A stretch of DNA of 64,000 bases from Octopus sinensis (Eukaryota), in the NCBI RefSeq assembly GCF_006345805.1, contig NC_043000.1, positions 1,364,001-1,428,000 on the forward strand. Direction: 5' to 3'. Positions 35,875-50,563 of this stretch are shown one piece after another. A model generated the notes under the pieces. The model did no database searches. It saw nothing but the letters and a program-made list of their open reading frames with translations, and had not been told where the DNA came from. The position numbers were made by a program, and so were the translations under genes. Positions within the stretch are counted from its first letter, which is position 1; each line of letters starts with the position of its first letter.

Positions 35875-36030
35875 TTATTTACATTATTTACATTCGACGG
35901 ATATTTGTCCTCATCTTGTTTGTTGTCAACACAACGTTTCGGCTGAATTACCCTCCAGCCTTCTTCAGGTGTCTTGCAGAAATTTCGAACCTGGATTCTC
36001 ATTCCTAAGCTATTTTTTTCGATGTCATTA

Positions 36031-36079
<49 letters not shown>

Positions 36080-36365
36080 GTTAGTGTTCAGGTCACTGCT
36101 TGGAATCAAACTCGGAAGCTTGGGGTTATGAGCACGGGCTACTAACCCCAAGCTTCCAAATTCAATTCCAAGCAGTGACCTGAGCACTAATAATAATAAA
36201 AATAATAATAACATCGAAAAAAAATACCTTAGGAATGAAAACCCAGGTTCAAAATTTCCGTAAGACACCTGAAGAAGGCTGGAGGGTATATCAGCCGAAA
36301 CGTTGTGTTGACAACAAACAAGATGAGGACAAATATCCATTGAATGTAAATAATGTAAATAATGT
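35875..36365. repeat. ~490-bp palindrome of two head-to-head H5 elements at the start of WASHC4 intron 2
   Basis: Arms are reverse complements with scattered mismatches; centre near 36135. Confidence 0.9.
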
Positions 36366-37759
36366 ACAGAATTCCTCATCTCTTAAATATAGAACTATCT
36401 AGTTGTTGTTGTTGTTGTATAGCTGTGGTTGTCAACTCTGTCTGGAACAGATCTCTCCATAAAAATCCCCTGCTTCAATATCTGCCTCTTTCTTCACATA
36501 CAACCCAACCAGGGAGCACCTGGTGGTGCTTACACTGCTAGAAATAGCAACCAAATCTCTTTCAAATAATGACTGCTCTCTTAATTATAGAAATCAAATA
36601 TATCCACTCAAAATTTCATCACCCCCAACTGCAGAAGGAAATTTTATATGTCAGTCATCTTTCGTTGAGGCATCTCGTGTCTGAAATTATTTTTTTGCTG
36701 AGTTATTCTTTTAGTCTTCTATTTGTTTCAGTCATTCGACTGTGGCCATGCTGGAACATCGCCTTAAGTTGAACAAATCAACCCCAGGACTTATTCTTTG
36801 TAAGCCTAGTACTTGTTCTATTGGTCTCTTTTGCCGACGAACCGCTAAGTTACGAGGAAGCAAACACACCAGCATCGGTTGTCAAGCGATGTTGGGGGGG
36901 GGACAAACAAAGACACACAAACATATACAAATATGTATATATATAAATATACGATGGGCTTCTTTCAGTTTCTGTCTACCAAATCCACTCGCATGGCTTT
37001 GGTCGGCCTGAGGCTATAATAGAAAGCACTTGCCTAAGGTGCCAAGCAGTGGGACTGAACCCAGAACCATGTGGTTGGTAAGCAAGCTACCTACCACACA
37101 GCCGTGCTTGCGTCTGAGGCAATGTGACTTGCAGAAAATATCATTTCTATTTTTGTAGATATTTAACATCATTACTGAAATAGCCATATTTTCTCAGGAG
37201 GCTGAAATCAAAGTATGATACTGATACTCTTTTCAGATATCACATGATGTCAAAACGAGGAGACACAAATACACACATACATATACATGCACACACACAT
37301 ACAAACACAAACTCTCACATACACACACACACTAATTGATCACACATATATACAGATATAGATGAACTTCTTTCAGTTTCCATCTACCAAATCCACTAAC
37401 AAAGCTTTGGTCAGCCCTGGGCTATAGTAAAAGATACTTACCCAAAGTGCCATGCAGGGATACTGAACTGAAAACCATGTTGTTGGGAAGTAAACTTCTG
37501 AACTACACACCATGGCTGAAATGCCACATGTGTGTAGATATACAATATGTCATGTGAGAGGGCTGAATGGTTTAAAAGTTTGTTTAACAGTCAAAAGGAA
37601 CTAAGTTCAGTCCCGCAATGCAACACATTCAGCAAATGTTTTCTGCTATGGCTTCAGACCAACCAAAGCCTTGTGTATGAAATCGAGCAAAAAGAAACTT
37701 TGTGAAACCTCATCTGGTCAAGTGTAAATGTAATTGATAGGGCCTGGTCATTCTGCTTG

Positions 37760-38269
37760 AGCATTCAGCGACATGCTACCAAGAGAATACCCTCCATCAG
37801 GCATTTGCTATATTCTGAACGCCTTACTTCTCTGAGCATGGATACATTGAAACTCCGACATCTGGCAGCTGACCTGGCAGACACCCATAAAGTTATTAAC
37901 CATCTTACAAACAATAACTCTGAGCACCTTTTCAAACTCCACCTGTCTAACACCCGGGGACATGTTTACAAAGTCAGAAAACAGCACAGACCCATGACTT
38001 TCAGAGACATTTTTTCACGCTAAGAGTTGCTGAAGCATGGAACAAACTGCCGGCATCAGTTGTTAGTTGTCGGAGCACTGCATCCTTCAAAACTTCCATG
38101 CTTCCTGAGATTCGCCTACACTACACCTGATCTTTCTCCCCTCCATACACATGCAAGCATGTATCCTACTCATACACTGTTCACTTTCCAGACATTTGTA
38201 CATTACTGCATATGCTTTATACACACTTTTGACAAGTTGCGGTGCACCTGAGCAGTGTATACAATAATT

Positions 38270-38318
<49 letters not shown>
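37760..38318 (+). mobile_element. 3' fragment of a second CR1-like LINE family with (ATT)n tail; another copy 41375-41760
   Basis: IQRHATKRIP..SERL; NTRGH.YKVRK; RVAEAWNKLPASVV. Confidence 0.8.
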
Positions 38319-38910
38319 ATTTATGGTACAATTGTCTATGGAGTACTCGGCCAGTAATCTTATGATTCAATGGTTACATAGTTAAATTGATTGAACAATG
38401 GGAATACTTATCAAAACTGATGGAGGATCCCTTTATTTCTACTTTACTTTGCACAACTGGACTACCATAAACACCCATATCAAATATGGTGTAGATATTA
38501 GCTCATTCTGTCTGGCTGACAATAGGCTCCCCTCTCACTTAATACTTTTCTTGGTTTTCCTCTACCACTATTACATACATCCTCCACTGTCAATGTACAG
38601 CACTCCTTATCCATTCATGTCATATTCAGCTAAGATAAAATATAATTTTTACGTTATTTCTTGTTTTTAATTATCTTCCTTGTCCACCTCTTTTTCTCTT
38701 TTTTGTAAAATTTTTTTGTGACACAAAAATATATCCAAAATGTTAGTATTGAGTAATGCAACATTGCTAATTCTAAAAGGAATTTCTAGCATTAGCAACA
38801 GGAAGGACATTTGGCTATAACAGAGTGTCCTAATAATATTCATTTGTCTAACCAATACTAGCATGGAAAAATGGACGTAAAACAAACAAATACTGAATGA
38901 ATTAATAATA

Positions 38911-38972
<62 letters not shown>

Positions 38973-39791
38973 GTATCATCATCATCATTATTGAGTGAGA
39001 GAATAGTGCATGCTATCAAAGTGACACTGGGGTAAAATATACGAAGCCCAGTATACCCATCATGACTTGCCATCTGATAAGGGTACACTAGGCACATGCA
39101 TCACAACCATATGTGCGCGACATGGTGATCTCTTATCAAGATAAACAGCGCATGACCTTGCAGGTGGGGCCCAGTTAGAATTTTCTTCTGGTCGAGTAAC
39201 CCATCCCACTCAAAAGGTCCCTGAATAAGGGTTGTTTAAGGATGTTGAACGAAACACCCAAGTTTCCAGAGGTGAATTATTCAAACCCCAAAGAATCCTT
39301 CTCAACACATGGCTATGATGCTCCCCCACTACTTCTGCTTGTGATCAGAGATGCACATATCGTCAGCCACTAAGGGACATGGTCAACTGGTTAAGGTCAA
39401 ACAACTGACAAGCAAATCTGTGGTATTGAGCAGAATATTTGCTGTAGCCCATCTTTTATACCAAGACAAAACAATGTACATGATAACACTTCCAATCAGT
39501 TAAGATCGGAAGCCACGAGAGCCACTGCCTGGTACTATTATTATTATTATTATTACTTTTTTTTTTCTTCTTTCAAATTTGCTTCCATTTCTTGCCGAGT
39601 GTCTTCCCGACTCCTAGGGCAAAGAAACTCATAGTATACATTGGTAGGCCATTAAACCAAACTCAGTAGTTTTATTAGTATTATTATTATTATCATTATT
39701 ATTATTATTACTATTATTATTATTATTATTATATTATTATTATTATTAATGGCTATATTTTCATTACTGCCCTTGTTTTCTGCCTTCCCAG

Positions 39792-39957
39792 TTCCTGCCA
39801 TATGAACAGCTGAGTCTTCTTAACCTGATCAATACCAACAATAAGATTCTGAACAAGATCATCAAAGTGCAAGCCAGCCTCTGTGCTGAAATCCAGAGCT
39901 TAGAACATGAAGCCAAAACGAAATTCTTTAATGCTTTGTTATTCTATGGAGAAGGTG
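39792..39957 (+). CDS. WASHC4: WASHC4 exon 3 ([55 protein letters not shown])
   Basis: Acceptor ccttcccag, donor GTGAGT at 39958, 166 nt. Confidence 0.95.
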
Positions 39958-40569
39958 GTGAGTATTACTATTCTCTTGGATTAAGAGTCAGTTTTAGGAA
40001 TTTAGGTGTGAGAGAACAATTTTAGGAATAAGATCATCAGTAATGGTTTTAAAGGCAATGTTCTAGCATTTAGTTTCTAATTAATAATTCTTTTAGGAAA
40101 AAAATGCTCTAGTAATAGATTTAGTGCGTTTGATGATATGGAACAGTTTTAGGGCACGTAAAAAGCACCCACTACACTCTCGGAGTGGTTGGCATTAGGA
40201 AGGGCATCCAGCTGTAGAAACTCTGCCAGATCAAGATTGGTGCCTGGTGCAGCCTTCTGGTTTGCCAGCCCTCAGTCAAATCGTCCAACCCATGCTAGCA
40301 TGGAAAGCGGACATTAAACGACGACGATGATGATGATGATGATGATCCTTTTAGCATTTAAACCAGCCATATCCAGCCAAAGGATTCTGCTTGTTTTATG
40401 TTCAAACTGGCCATATCTGGTCTCTCACACCAACCCTACAATATCATTTTAAAAATTAACAGCTACCTCATCAAAATCTCATAGCACCAAGATAATGCCT
40501 GATTAGTTCAAAACAATGAGGATGAAAAAGGATTAATTTGGGCAGAATAATGCGAACACTAACGGGTTA

Positions 40570-41155
40570 AATGATATGAAGCAGTTTTAAGGATAAGGTC
40601 ATTGGTATTTCTTTTAGGGAAGGGTTTCTGGAATAATTTTAGGGGTTAGGTGATATGGAATACTTTTAGGACATTTAAGTAAAACAAAATAATTTTAAGG
40701 GTTTGGCTATCAGTAATTCTTTTTGGGAAGAGTTTCTAGGGAATAGTTTTAAGTGTTAGTTGATATTGTACAGTTTTAGGACTTTTAGATGTGACAAAAC
40801 ATTTTTATCAGTTAGGCCATGAGTAATTCTTTTAAGGAAGGGGTTCTGGGGAATAGTTTTAGGGAAAGATTTGGGGAATAGTTTTAGAGGTGAGGTTCTC
40901 AAAAATAGTTTGGGGCTTAATGGTAGGGAACAGTTTTAGGGTATTTAGGAAAACAAGGAAAAGTTTTAGGTGTTTGGTTATTAGTAATGTTTTAGGTGAT
41001 AGGGAATAGTTTTAGGAAGTTAAAACATTGTAAATAACTTTAAAGGTTATGTCCTGAGGAATAGTTTTAGGGATCAGAACAATGCTAACAACTTAGGAGG
41101 TAGATTATAGGGTGTTGTTTTAGGGTTTAAGTCTTAGGCAAATGTTTTAGGGGCC
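40570..41155. repeat. Degenerate strand-asymmetric (GGAATAGTTTTAGG-like) minisatellite
   Basis: Recurrent TTTTAGG/GAATAGTTTT motifs; C-poor on the + strand. Confidence 0.6.
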
Positions 41156-41762
41156 TTAAGCATCCTTGTGACTGTAAGTAAGCATTTAAAAATTAAAGGT
41201 GCTGCCCCCAAAACATAAACACTTGCCTGCCATAGAATTAAAGTTATAACCTGTGTTCTAGCAATCTCGTTTTATCTGTTAACTAAATTATTTCATGTGT
41301 ATCACCATTTACCCATATTTGTTGTGGTATTATCAAAATACCTTGTTGTGGTATTATCAAAATACCTTGTATTATCAAAATACCTTGTTTCCCTGGGCAT
41401 GGATTCACTGAAGCTCCGGCGTCTGGCGACGGACTTGGTAAACACCCACAAAGTTATCAACCACCTCACCAACAACAACACTGAACACCTTTTTGATCTC
41501 CATGTGTCTAACACACGTGGACATGACTACAAAGTCAGAAAACAACACAGCTCCCATGACTTTCGGAAACATTTCTTCATGCTCAGAGTTGCTGAAGCAT
41601 GGAATAAACTGCCTGCGTCAGTTGTTGACTGCCATGACACTGCATCCTTTAAGGCCCTCATGCTTTCCGAAATCTGCCGAAACTACACCTGATTATATAT
41701 ACACTTTAGATGAGTTGTAGTGCACCTGAGCACTGTACACTATTATTATTATTATTATTATT

Positions 41763-41812
<50 letters not shown>

Positions 41813-41864
41813 TATTATTATCATCATCATCATCCTCATTATTATTATCATTATTATTATTATT

Positions 41865-42514
41865 CAGTAGTTTTATTTTTATAGCGTGCTTTCACTTCAC
41901 TACCGAGCGCAGCTCTGTGTGCCTTAGGTATGTGCTGTGATTTGTTGTGATGCTCTGATGGTTATTGTATGGAAAGTGTTCTGCGTAGGATGTGTGCAGT
42001 GCCTAGTAGTGCAATTTTCTGTATGTTATATGTGTTTGTAAGTCCTGGTGTTTTTGTTATGTATTTGTCTGAATATTTTTTTATCATGCCTAATGCATCT
42101 ACTATGATAGGAATTGTTTCTGTTTTCAGATTCCACATTCTAGTTACCTCTATTTCCAGGTCTTTGTATTTTGAGAGTTTCTCCATTTCTTTTAGAGACA
42201 CGTTGTCATCTGCCGGTACTGATACATCAATTAGAAAGCATTTTTTTTCTTCATGGTCTCTGACAACTATATCTGGTCTGTTGGCCTTAATTTCTCTATC
42301 TGTGTGTATCGGCATATCCCAGAGTATGGTTGCTTTCTCGTTTTCTGTGACCTTTTCTGGTGTGTGCCTATACCATCTTTTTTCTGTTGTTATTCCATAA
42401 TGTTGGCATAGCTTCCAATGTATGTAAGTTCCAACTCTGTCATGTCTGTGAATATATTCCTTCTTAGCCAGGACTGGGCAGCTAGAGATAATATGATTTA
42501 TTGTTTCTTGTCCA

Positions 42515-42516
<2 letters not shown>
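41865..42516 (-). mobile_element. 3' fragment of an R4/Dong-clade RLE retrotransposon inserted in (TAA)n
   Basis: ETINHIISSCP, RHDRVG, ILWDMPIHTD, NRPDIVVRD, LIDVSVP, EKLSKYKDL, KIALLGTAHILR; TAA runs on both sides. Confidence 0.85.
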
Positions 42517-42580
<64 letters not shown>

Positions 42581-42612
42581 AATATAATGAACTCTGACTT
42601 CATCCTTTGCAG

Positions 42613-42680
42613 ATGTTGACAGCACCCATCCTGAATGTGAATCTCAGATACAGATGGGTAGAATGATGCCGTTGCTACAG
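42613..42680 (+). CDS. WASHC4: WASHC4 exon 4 (DVDSTHPECESQIQMGRMMPLLQ)
   Basis: Acceptor cctttgcag, donor GTAACC at 42681, 68 nt. Confidence 0.92.
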
Positions 42681-43634
42681 GTAACCATTTTTAAGAATTT
42701 TGTCATTTATGTTTCTTTTTTTCAGTAGGTTTAAATGTTTCGATCATGATCGTTACCTGCGTCACCTTACTAGCACTGGTGCTGGTGGCACGTGAAAAAA
42801 ACATTCGAGCGAGGTCGTTGCCAGTGCCGCAGGTGACACATAAAAAGCACCATTTGAGAGTGGCCATTGCCAGTACCGCCTGACTGGCCCTCGTGCCGGT
42901 GGCACATAAAATCACCCACTACACTCTCGGAGTGGTTGGTGTTAGGAAGGGCATCCAGTTTTAGAAACTCTGCCAGATCAAGATTGGAGCCTGGTGCAGC
43001 CATCTGGTTCGCCAGTCCTCAGTCAAAATCGTCCAACCCATGCTAGCATGGAAAGCAGACGTTAAATGATGATGATGATGATGTTACTATGACATCAGTT
43101 TACATAAATACTCTCTCACCATCACTGGGGGGCGGGGACCCATGTAGCAGATCATTTGAGTGACTGATTTAACCCTTTAGTATTCAGATTGATCTATCAA
43201 GTGTAATGCTTGTTCTTTTATTCCACTACTTGTTTCAGTCATTTGAATGTGGCCATGCTAGAGCACTGCCTTAAAGAAATCAACCCCAGGACTTATTCTT
43301 TATAAGCCTAGTACTTGCTCTATTGGTCTCTTTTGTTTAACCGCTAAGTTACGGGATGTAAACACACTAACATTGGTTTTCAAGTGATGGTGGTGGGGAC
43401 AGACACACAACTATAAATATATTCTTTTCTTTTTTCTTTTCTTTGTTTCCGTCATTTGACTGTGGCCATGCTGGAGCACAGCCTTTAGTCAAGCAAATCG
43501 ACCCCAGGACTTATTCTTTGTAAGCCTTGTACTTATTCTATCAGTCTCTCTTGCTGAACCGCTAAGTGACAAGGATGTAAACACACCAGCATCGGTTGTC
43601 AAGCGATGTTAGGGGGACAAACACAGACACACAA

Positions 43635-43665
<31 letters not shown>

Positions 43666-45504
43666 TGTATGTATATCTATATATATATACACGATTGGCT
43701 TCTTTCAGTTTCTGTCTACCAAATCCACTCACAAAGCTTTGGTTGGCTCAAGGCTATAGTAGAAGACACTTGCCCAAGGTGCCACGCAGTGGGACTGAAC
43801 CCAGAACCATGTGGTTGGTAAGCAAGCTACTTACCACGCAGCCACTCCTGCGCCTATACATATATTATATGTATGACAAATATGACAAGCTTCTTTCAGT
43901 TTCTATCTGCCAAATCCACTCACAAGGCTTTGGTCGGCCCAAGACTATAATAGAAGACACTTGCCCAAGGTGCCATGCATGATCCTGGAACCATGTGGTT
44001 GAGAAGCAAGCTTCTTACCACATTTTTTAAAACTAATCATGTATTATAATGTACCTTTAAGATTTCAAAGATGTGCTTGTTTATTTTTAGAATCACATTG
44101 CAGGGCAGGTATGGGGGTCTGGATCTACACAGTTTACTCTTTACTCTTTGACTTGTTTCAGTCATTTGACTGCGGCCATGCTGGAGCACCACCTTTAGTC
44201 GAGCAAATCGACCCCAGGACTTATTCTTTGTAAGTCTAGTACTTATTCTATCGGTCTCTTTTGCCGAACCGCTAAGTTATGGGGACGTAAACACACCAAT
44301 ATCGGTTATCAAGCGATGTTGGGGGGACAAACACATACACACACATACATATATATATATACATATATACGACGGGCTTCTTTCAGTTTCCCTCTACCAA
44401 ATCCACTCACAAGGCTTTGGTTGGCCTGCGGCTATAGTAAAAAACACTGGCCCAAGGTGCCACACAGTGGGACTGAACCCAGAACCATGTGGTTCGTAAG
44501 CAAGCTACTTACCACACAGTCACTCCTTGAACATAAAACAGATAGACTGTTTGAGCCAGTTGTGGTCAGTTTAAATGACAATGGGTTAAAGCCCCTTCAT
44601 TATCTGGCTTATGAGCAGATTATGTGGGACACCACAGATACATTACCTATACGCTACATGAAAACAGTGACATCCTATATACATCTGCGATGCACCACGT
44701 GAACACAAAGACCCCAGTAGGACACTAAACTCTACTTGCGGGGACCTGTTGGGGTAAGTGAAATCGAAATTGAACTAAATTCGATGACTGGCACCCATGC
44801 CAGTGGAGCGCTAACAGCTCCATCCAAGCGGGATCACTGCCAGAGCAGCTGTCTGGCATGTAAAGAGCACCATTTGAGCGGGATCGTTGCCAGCATCGCT
44901 TCGCTGGCACTTGTGCCGGTGGCACGTGAACAAAACATTCGAGCGAGGTCGTTGCCAGTGCCGCTGGACCGACCCCTATGCAGGTGGCACATAAAAGACA
45001 CCATTTTCGAGCATGGCTGTTGCCAGTATCGCCAGACTGGCCCTCGTGCCGGTGGCACTTTAAAAGCACCCACTACACTCTCAGAGTGGTTGGCATTAGG
45101 AAGGTCATCCAGCTGTAGAAACTCTGCCAGATTAAGATTGGAGCCTGGCGCAGCCATCTGGTTTGCCAGTCCTCAGTCAAAATCGTCCAACCCATGCTAG
45201 CATGGAAAGCAGATGTTAAATGATGATGATGATGATGATAGCTTAGTATCCCTACATGAAGTCTAGATACACCACTTAAAGACCGAGCAGTTATAGGAGA
45301 TCTCGCTTCTCCCGAAGAATGATTTGACAAACATCATTTAAAAACCTATTTCAAGTTTATCCCTCAGAAAGTTGTTAAGAATTCTTATTGGTTTTTTTTT
45401 TTTTTCATTTTAAAGGGGACAGCAACAAATATACTGATTCTTTACCGATTCTTCTTGCTGAGGTTACCAAAGCAATTAACTGATTAATCTGAATTCTATT
45501 GCAG

Positions 45505-45587
45505 GAGTTGTCGTGTTTTGTGATGCGGGTCTACGAAGTGGTAAAGAATACAATCCACCAACTCACCTGTCTCTACAATCCACCAAA
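45505..45587 (+). CDS. WASHC4: WASHC4 exon 5 (ELSCFVMRVYEVVKNTIHQLTCLYNPPK)
   Basis: Acceptor attgcag, donor GTAAGT at 45588, 83 nt. Confidence 0.93.
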
Positions 45588-45728
45588 GTAAGTATAAAAA
45601 TGGTAATTAACTACTGATAATAGTCTCTGGATTTTTGTAGTGTGTTGTGTCACAGAGGAAGGGACAACACCATGGCTGTTGGATTACAATTGTGAAATGA
45701 GTAGAAATTAGGCAAGACAGTCTTATTA

Positions 45729-45770
<42 letters not shown>

Positions 45771-47420
45771 TATTATTATTATTATTATTATTGAGTGAGA
45801 GAATAGTGCATGCCATCAAAGTGACACTGGGGTAAAATATACGAAGCCCCGTATACCCATCATGACTGCCCATCTGATAAGAGTACACGAAGCACATGCA
45901 TCACAACCATATGTGCGCGACATGGTGATCTCATATCAAGATAAACAGCACATGGCCTTGCAGGTGGGGCCCAGTTAGAATTTTCTTCAGGTTGAGTAGC
46001 CCATCCCACTCAAAAGGTCCCTGAATAAGGGTTGTTTAAGGATGTTGAACGAACCACCCATGTTTCCAGAGGTGATTTATTCAAACCCCAAAGAATCCCT
46101 CTCAACGCATGGCTATGATGCTCCCCCACTACTTCTGCTCGTGGTCGGAGATGCACATATCGTCAGCCAGTAAGGGACATGCTCAACTGGTTAAGGTCAA
46201 ACAACTGACAAGCAAATCTGTGGTATTGAGCAGAATATTTGCTGTAGCCCATCTTTTATACCAAGACAAAACAATGTCCATGATAACACTTCCAATCAGT
46301 TAAGATCAGAAGCCATGAGAGCCACTGCCTGGTACTGCATCAGGGTATTTATTTATTTATTTATTATTATTATTATTGGTGGAGGCGCAATGGCCCAGTG
46401 GTTAGGGCAGCGGACTCGCGGTCGTAGGATCGCGGTTTCGATTCCCAGACCGGGCGTTGTGAGTGTTTATTGAGCGAAAACACCTAAAGCTCCACAAGGC
46501 TCCGGCAGGGGATGATGGTGATCCCTGCTGTACTCTTTCACCACAACTTTCTCTCACTCTTACTTCCTGTTTCTGTTATACCTGTATTTCAAAGGGCCGG
46601 CCTTGTCACTCTCTGTGTCACGCTGAATATCCCCGAGAACTGCGTTAAGGGTACACGTGTCTGTGGAGTGCTCAGCCACTTACACGTTAATTTCACGAGC
46701 AGGCTGTTCCGTTGATCGGATCAACCGGAACCCTCGTTGTCGTAACCGACGGAGTGCTTCCATTATTATTATTATTATTATTATTATCATTATTCCTCCT
46801 CCTCCTCCTCCACACAATGGGACTGAACCTGAAACTCCATGACTGCAAAGCAAGTTTCTTAACCACACAGCTATGCCTGTGCCTATTTGTTTTATTACTG
46901 TGGTGGTGGTGGTGGTGATGTCAAAGGTTCTACAGAAAAAGTAACCATGTACATAAACAAAGCTGCAAGCTAAAGAAGAAGACCTTAATGTGGTCACTCA
47001 ACTTGCTAAAAATGGCAGCCAGATCTCCTTCAAATCACATCTTACCGTCCAAGTGTGAAGGATACATTGGATGTGTAGTCTCAGATGCACTATCTGATTA
47101 AAAGATAGTATGGTCACAGTTGAATGACTTTCATTATAAGCCTGTTTGACTAAGGCTGTCTTGATGCAAAATAGCAATTAAATTGGGGAAGGACTGACTT
47201 TGTTAGACTTAGTGGAATGAATGCCTCATAATAAGACCAGCTAACGAGAGGTAGTTTGACCAAACCTTCCATGATAATCTAGTTTAGAGACTTAACCTGA
47301 CTGCTATTGCTATATCGCTATCCAGTAGTTTGACTGACTACCAACTATGTCAGACTAGAACCACATCCTAGTCTAATATTTAACCTGCTTACTTGATATA
47401 TGAATAAATGTCTTCTTCAG

Positions 47421-47463
47421 ATCTGGGATCAAACTGATTGATGTAACTGGAGTACATTTTCAA
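47421..47463 (+). CDS. WASHC4: WASHC4 exon 6 (SGIKLIDVTGVHFQ)
   Basis: Acceptor tcttcttcag, donor GTGAGT at 47464, 43 nt, phases fit neighbours. Confidence 0.9.
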
Positions 47464-49790
47464 GTGAGTATAATTGATTACTTTTCGCTTTTTAAACATA
47501 AAAATACCAATAATATTTTATGCATTTCTTATTATTTATATATATATATATATATATATGGAAGTATGCTGTGTGTGAGGAGACCCGGCAGGACAAGTGA
47601 GACCATAACCCGTGGCCTTCTACATGGGATGTAGCCAGCCCACTTATGCATACCTTCCCTTCTTGGGACACAAAACTCTACTTGTGAAGACCTGTTGAAG
47701 CAAGTGAGAATCAGAATCGAAATCGATCAATGGAAATTGCAGCTGAGTTACCAGTGCCGGTGGCACGTAAGAGAACCATCCGTTCGTGGCCGTTGCCAGC
47801 GCCGCCCCGATTGGCCTCGTGCCGTTGGCACGTAAAAAGCACCATCCGTTTGTGGCTGTTGCCAGCCTTGCCTGGCCCCCGTGCCGGTGGCACGTAAAAA
47901 GCACCATCCATTCGTGGCCGTTTGCCAGACTCGTCTGGCACCACCATCCGTTTGTGGCCGTTGCCAGTGCCGCCCCATAAAAAGCACCATCTGATCATGG
48001 CCGTTTGCCAGCTTCGCCTGGCCTCCGTGCCGGTGGCACGTAAAAGGCACCATCCGACCCTGGCCGTTTGCCAGACTTGTCTGGCACCTGTGCAGGTGGC
48101 ACGTAAAAAGCACCCACTACACTCATGGAGTGGTTGGCGTTAGGAAGGGCATCCAGCCGTAGAAACATTGCCAGATCAGACTGGGCTTCCCAGACCCCAG
48201 TTGCACCGTCCAACCCATGCTAGCACGGAAAGCGGACGCTAAACGATGATGATGATGATGATGATACACTCAGGCAATGATTATTTTTCTCTAATGTGGT
48301 TCGTAAGCAAGCTACTTACCACACAGCCACTCCTACACCTACTTGCAAAACAAGACTCCTCAACTGAATGGGGGTGTAGTATTAAGGGGAGTGGCTTTAT
48401 GCCAGATATTGATTAAAAATTTTGGCACAAGGTCAACAATTTCAAGCGAGGTGGTAAGTCATTTACCCCAGTGCTCAATTGGTATTTATTTTATCAATCC
48501 CAAAAAGATGAAAGATAAGGTCGACAGCAGCGGAATTTGAGCTCAAAATGCAAAGAAAGACAAAATGCTGCTAAGCATTTTGTTTGGCATGCTGACAATT
48601 TTGCCAGTTCACCACCTTGGATTTATGCCAGATATTAAGAGGTAAAAAATAGAGGGACAAGAACAGGTGTTTTGCTGTGGAAGAGACAGATGGCTACACC
48701 AGCTGGAAAGTGAGAAAAGAGATAGTGGCTATGAGGTGTCAGGATATATCCACAAGGTACAATAAAGGTGAATATAAGCGAAAATAAGAACAGAGGATCA
48801 GAAACATGGGCAGAAAGGTAATCATCATCATTTAGACCTGGCAGGACAAGTGAGCCCAGCCCACTTATGCATGCCTTTCCTCCCTTGGACACAAAGACCT
48901 GTTGAGGCAAGCGAAGTCGATATAGAACCTGATCCGACGACAGGCACCCATGCCAACCCCCTTTGCTTGTGAAGACATGTTGGGGCAAGCGAAATCGAAA
49001 TCGAAATCAAATTGAACCAGCCAGGATCCCTGGTCTGGTGGTACGTAAAAAGCGCTATCCGATTCGTGGCAGATGCCAGCGCCGCCTCGACTGGCTTCCG
49101 TGCCGGTGGCATGTAAAATACACCAATCCGACCGTGGCTGTTGCCAGCCTCGCCTGGCACCTGTGCAGGTGGCACGTAAAAAGCACCCACTACACTCACG
49201 GAGTGGTTGGCGTTAGGAAGGGCATCCAGCTGTAGAAACATTGCCAGATAAGACTGGAGCCTGAGGCAGCCTTCTGGCTTCCCAGATCCCCGGTTGAACC
49301 GTCCAACCCATGCTAGCATGGAGAACGGACGCTAAACAATGATGATGATGATGATGATCTTTCTCGCTGGCATAAGATATTGAAAGAAGAGAGAAATTCA
49401 TAAGAAATTGAAATTGAAATTGAAATTTCTGGCTGGCCAAATATTGACTCTGTTTTGTCTAAGGAAAGTTTATGCTGGATTATCTTTTTATCATTTTGTT
49501 TGGATGTTTTTTTTTAATTCATTGTTCCGATCGTGGCTGATGCCGGACCCCCTTGGCACCTGTGCAGGTGGCACGTAAAAAGCACCCACTACACTCACGG
49601 AGTGGTTGGTGTTAGGAAGGGCATCCAGCTGTAGAAACTCTGCCAGATCAAGACTGGAGTCTGGTGCAGCCCCTGGCTTCCCAGACCCCGGTCGAACCGT
49701 CCAACCCGTGCTAGCGCAGAAAACGGACGTTAAACGATGATGATGATGATGTTCTTGTTATCGTAATCTCTGAGTGTTGATTTTTTCCAG

Positions 49791-49894
49791 ATTGTATTTG
49801 AACACCTTGGGGATCTCCTCACTGTGCTCATCACTCTTGATAAAATTATTGAGAACCAGGCTCTTCTCAAAGAACATTGGACTCTGTACAAACG
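49791..49894 (+). CDS. WASHC4: WASHC4 exon 7 ([35 protein letters not shown])
   Basis: Acceptor ttttttccag, donor GTAAGT at 49895, 104 nt. Confidence 0.95.
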
Positions 49895-49923
49895 GTAAGT
49901 TTCATAAGTAATCATTGACTCTC

Positions 49924-49975
<52 letters not shown>

Positions 49976-50266
49976 CACCAATACGATTGCAACAAAATAA
50001 TCTCACCATAATGTGTGCACACACACGTGTGTGTGTGTATATATTCCTTCACTTGTCCACCCATTTCAGTCACCTGGCTGTGATCATGCTGGAGCACTGC
50101 CTTAAGTCGAAGAAATCAACTCCAGGACTTATTTTTGTAAGCTTAGTCCTTATTCTATCAGTCTCTTTTGCTGAACCGATAAGTTTTGGGGACATAAACA
50201 CACCAACATCGGTTGTCAAGCTAAGGCAGGGGACAAGCACAGACACACACACACACACGCATAAAC

Positions 50267-50307
<41 letters not shown>

Positions 50308-50484
50308 CGACAGGTTTCTATCAGTTTCTGTCTACCAAATCTACTCACAAGGCTTTCGTCAGCCTGAGACTATAGTAGAAGACAGTTGCCCAAAGTGCCA
50401 CACAGTGGGACTGAACCCAGAACCATGTGGTTGGGAAGCAAGCTTCTTACCACAAAGCCATGCCTGCGCCTATACATATGTGTG

Positions 50485-50562
<78 letters not shown>

Positions 50563-50563
<1 letters not shown>

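Noticed and set aside
46381-46460. SINE heads as true tRNA genes (also 34830-34903, 55770-55850)
   Set aside because: No complete acceptor stem, and they continue into SINE bodies
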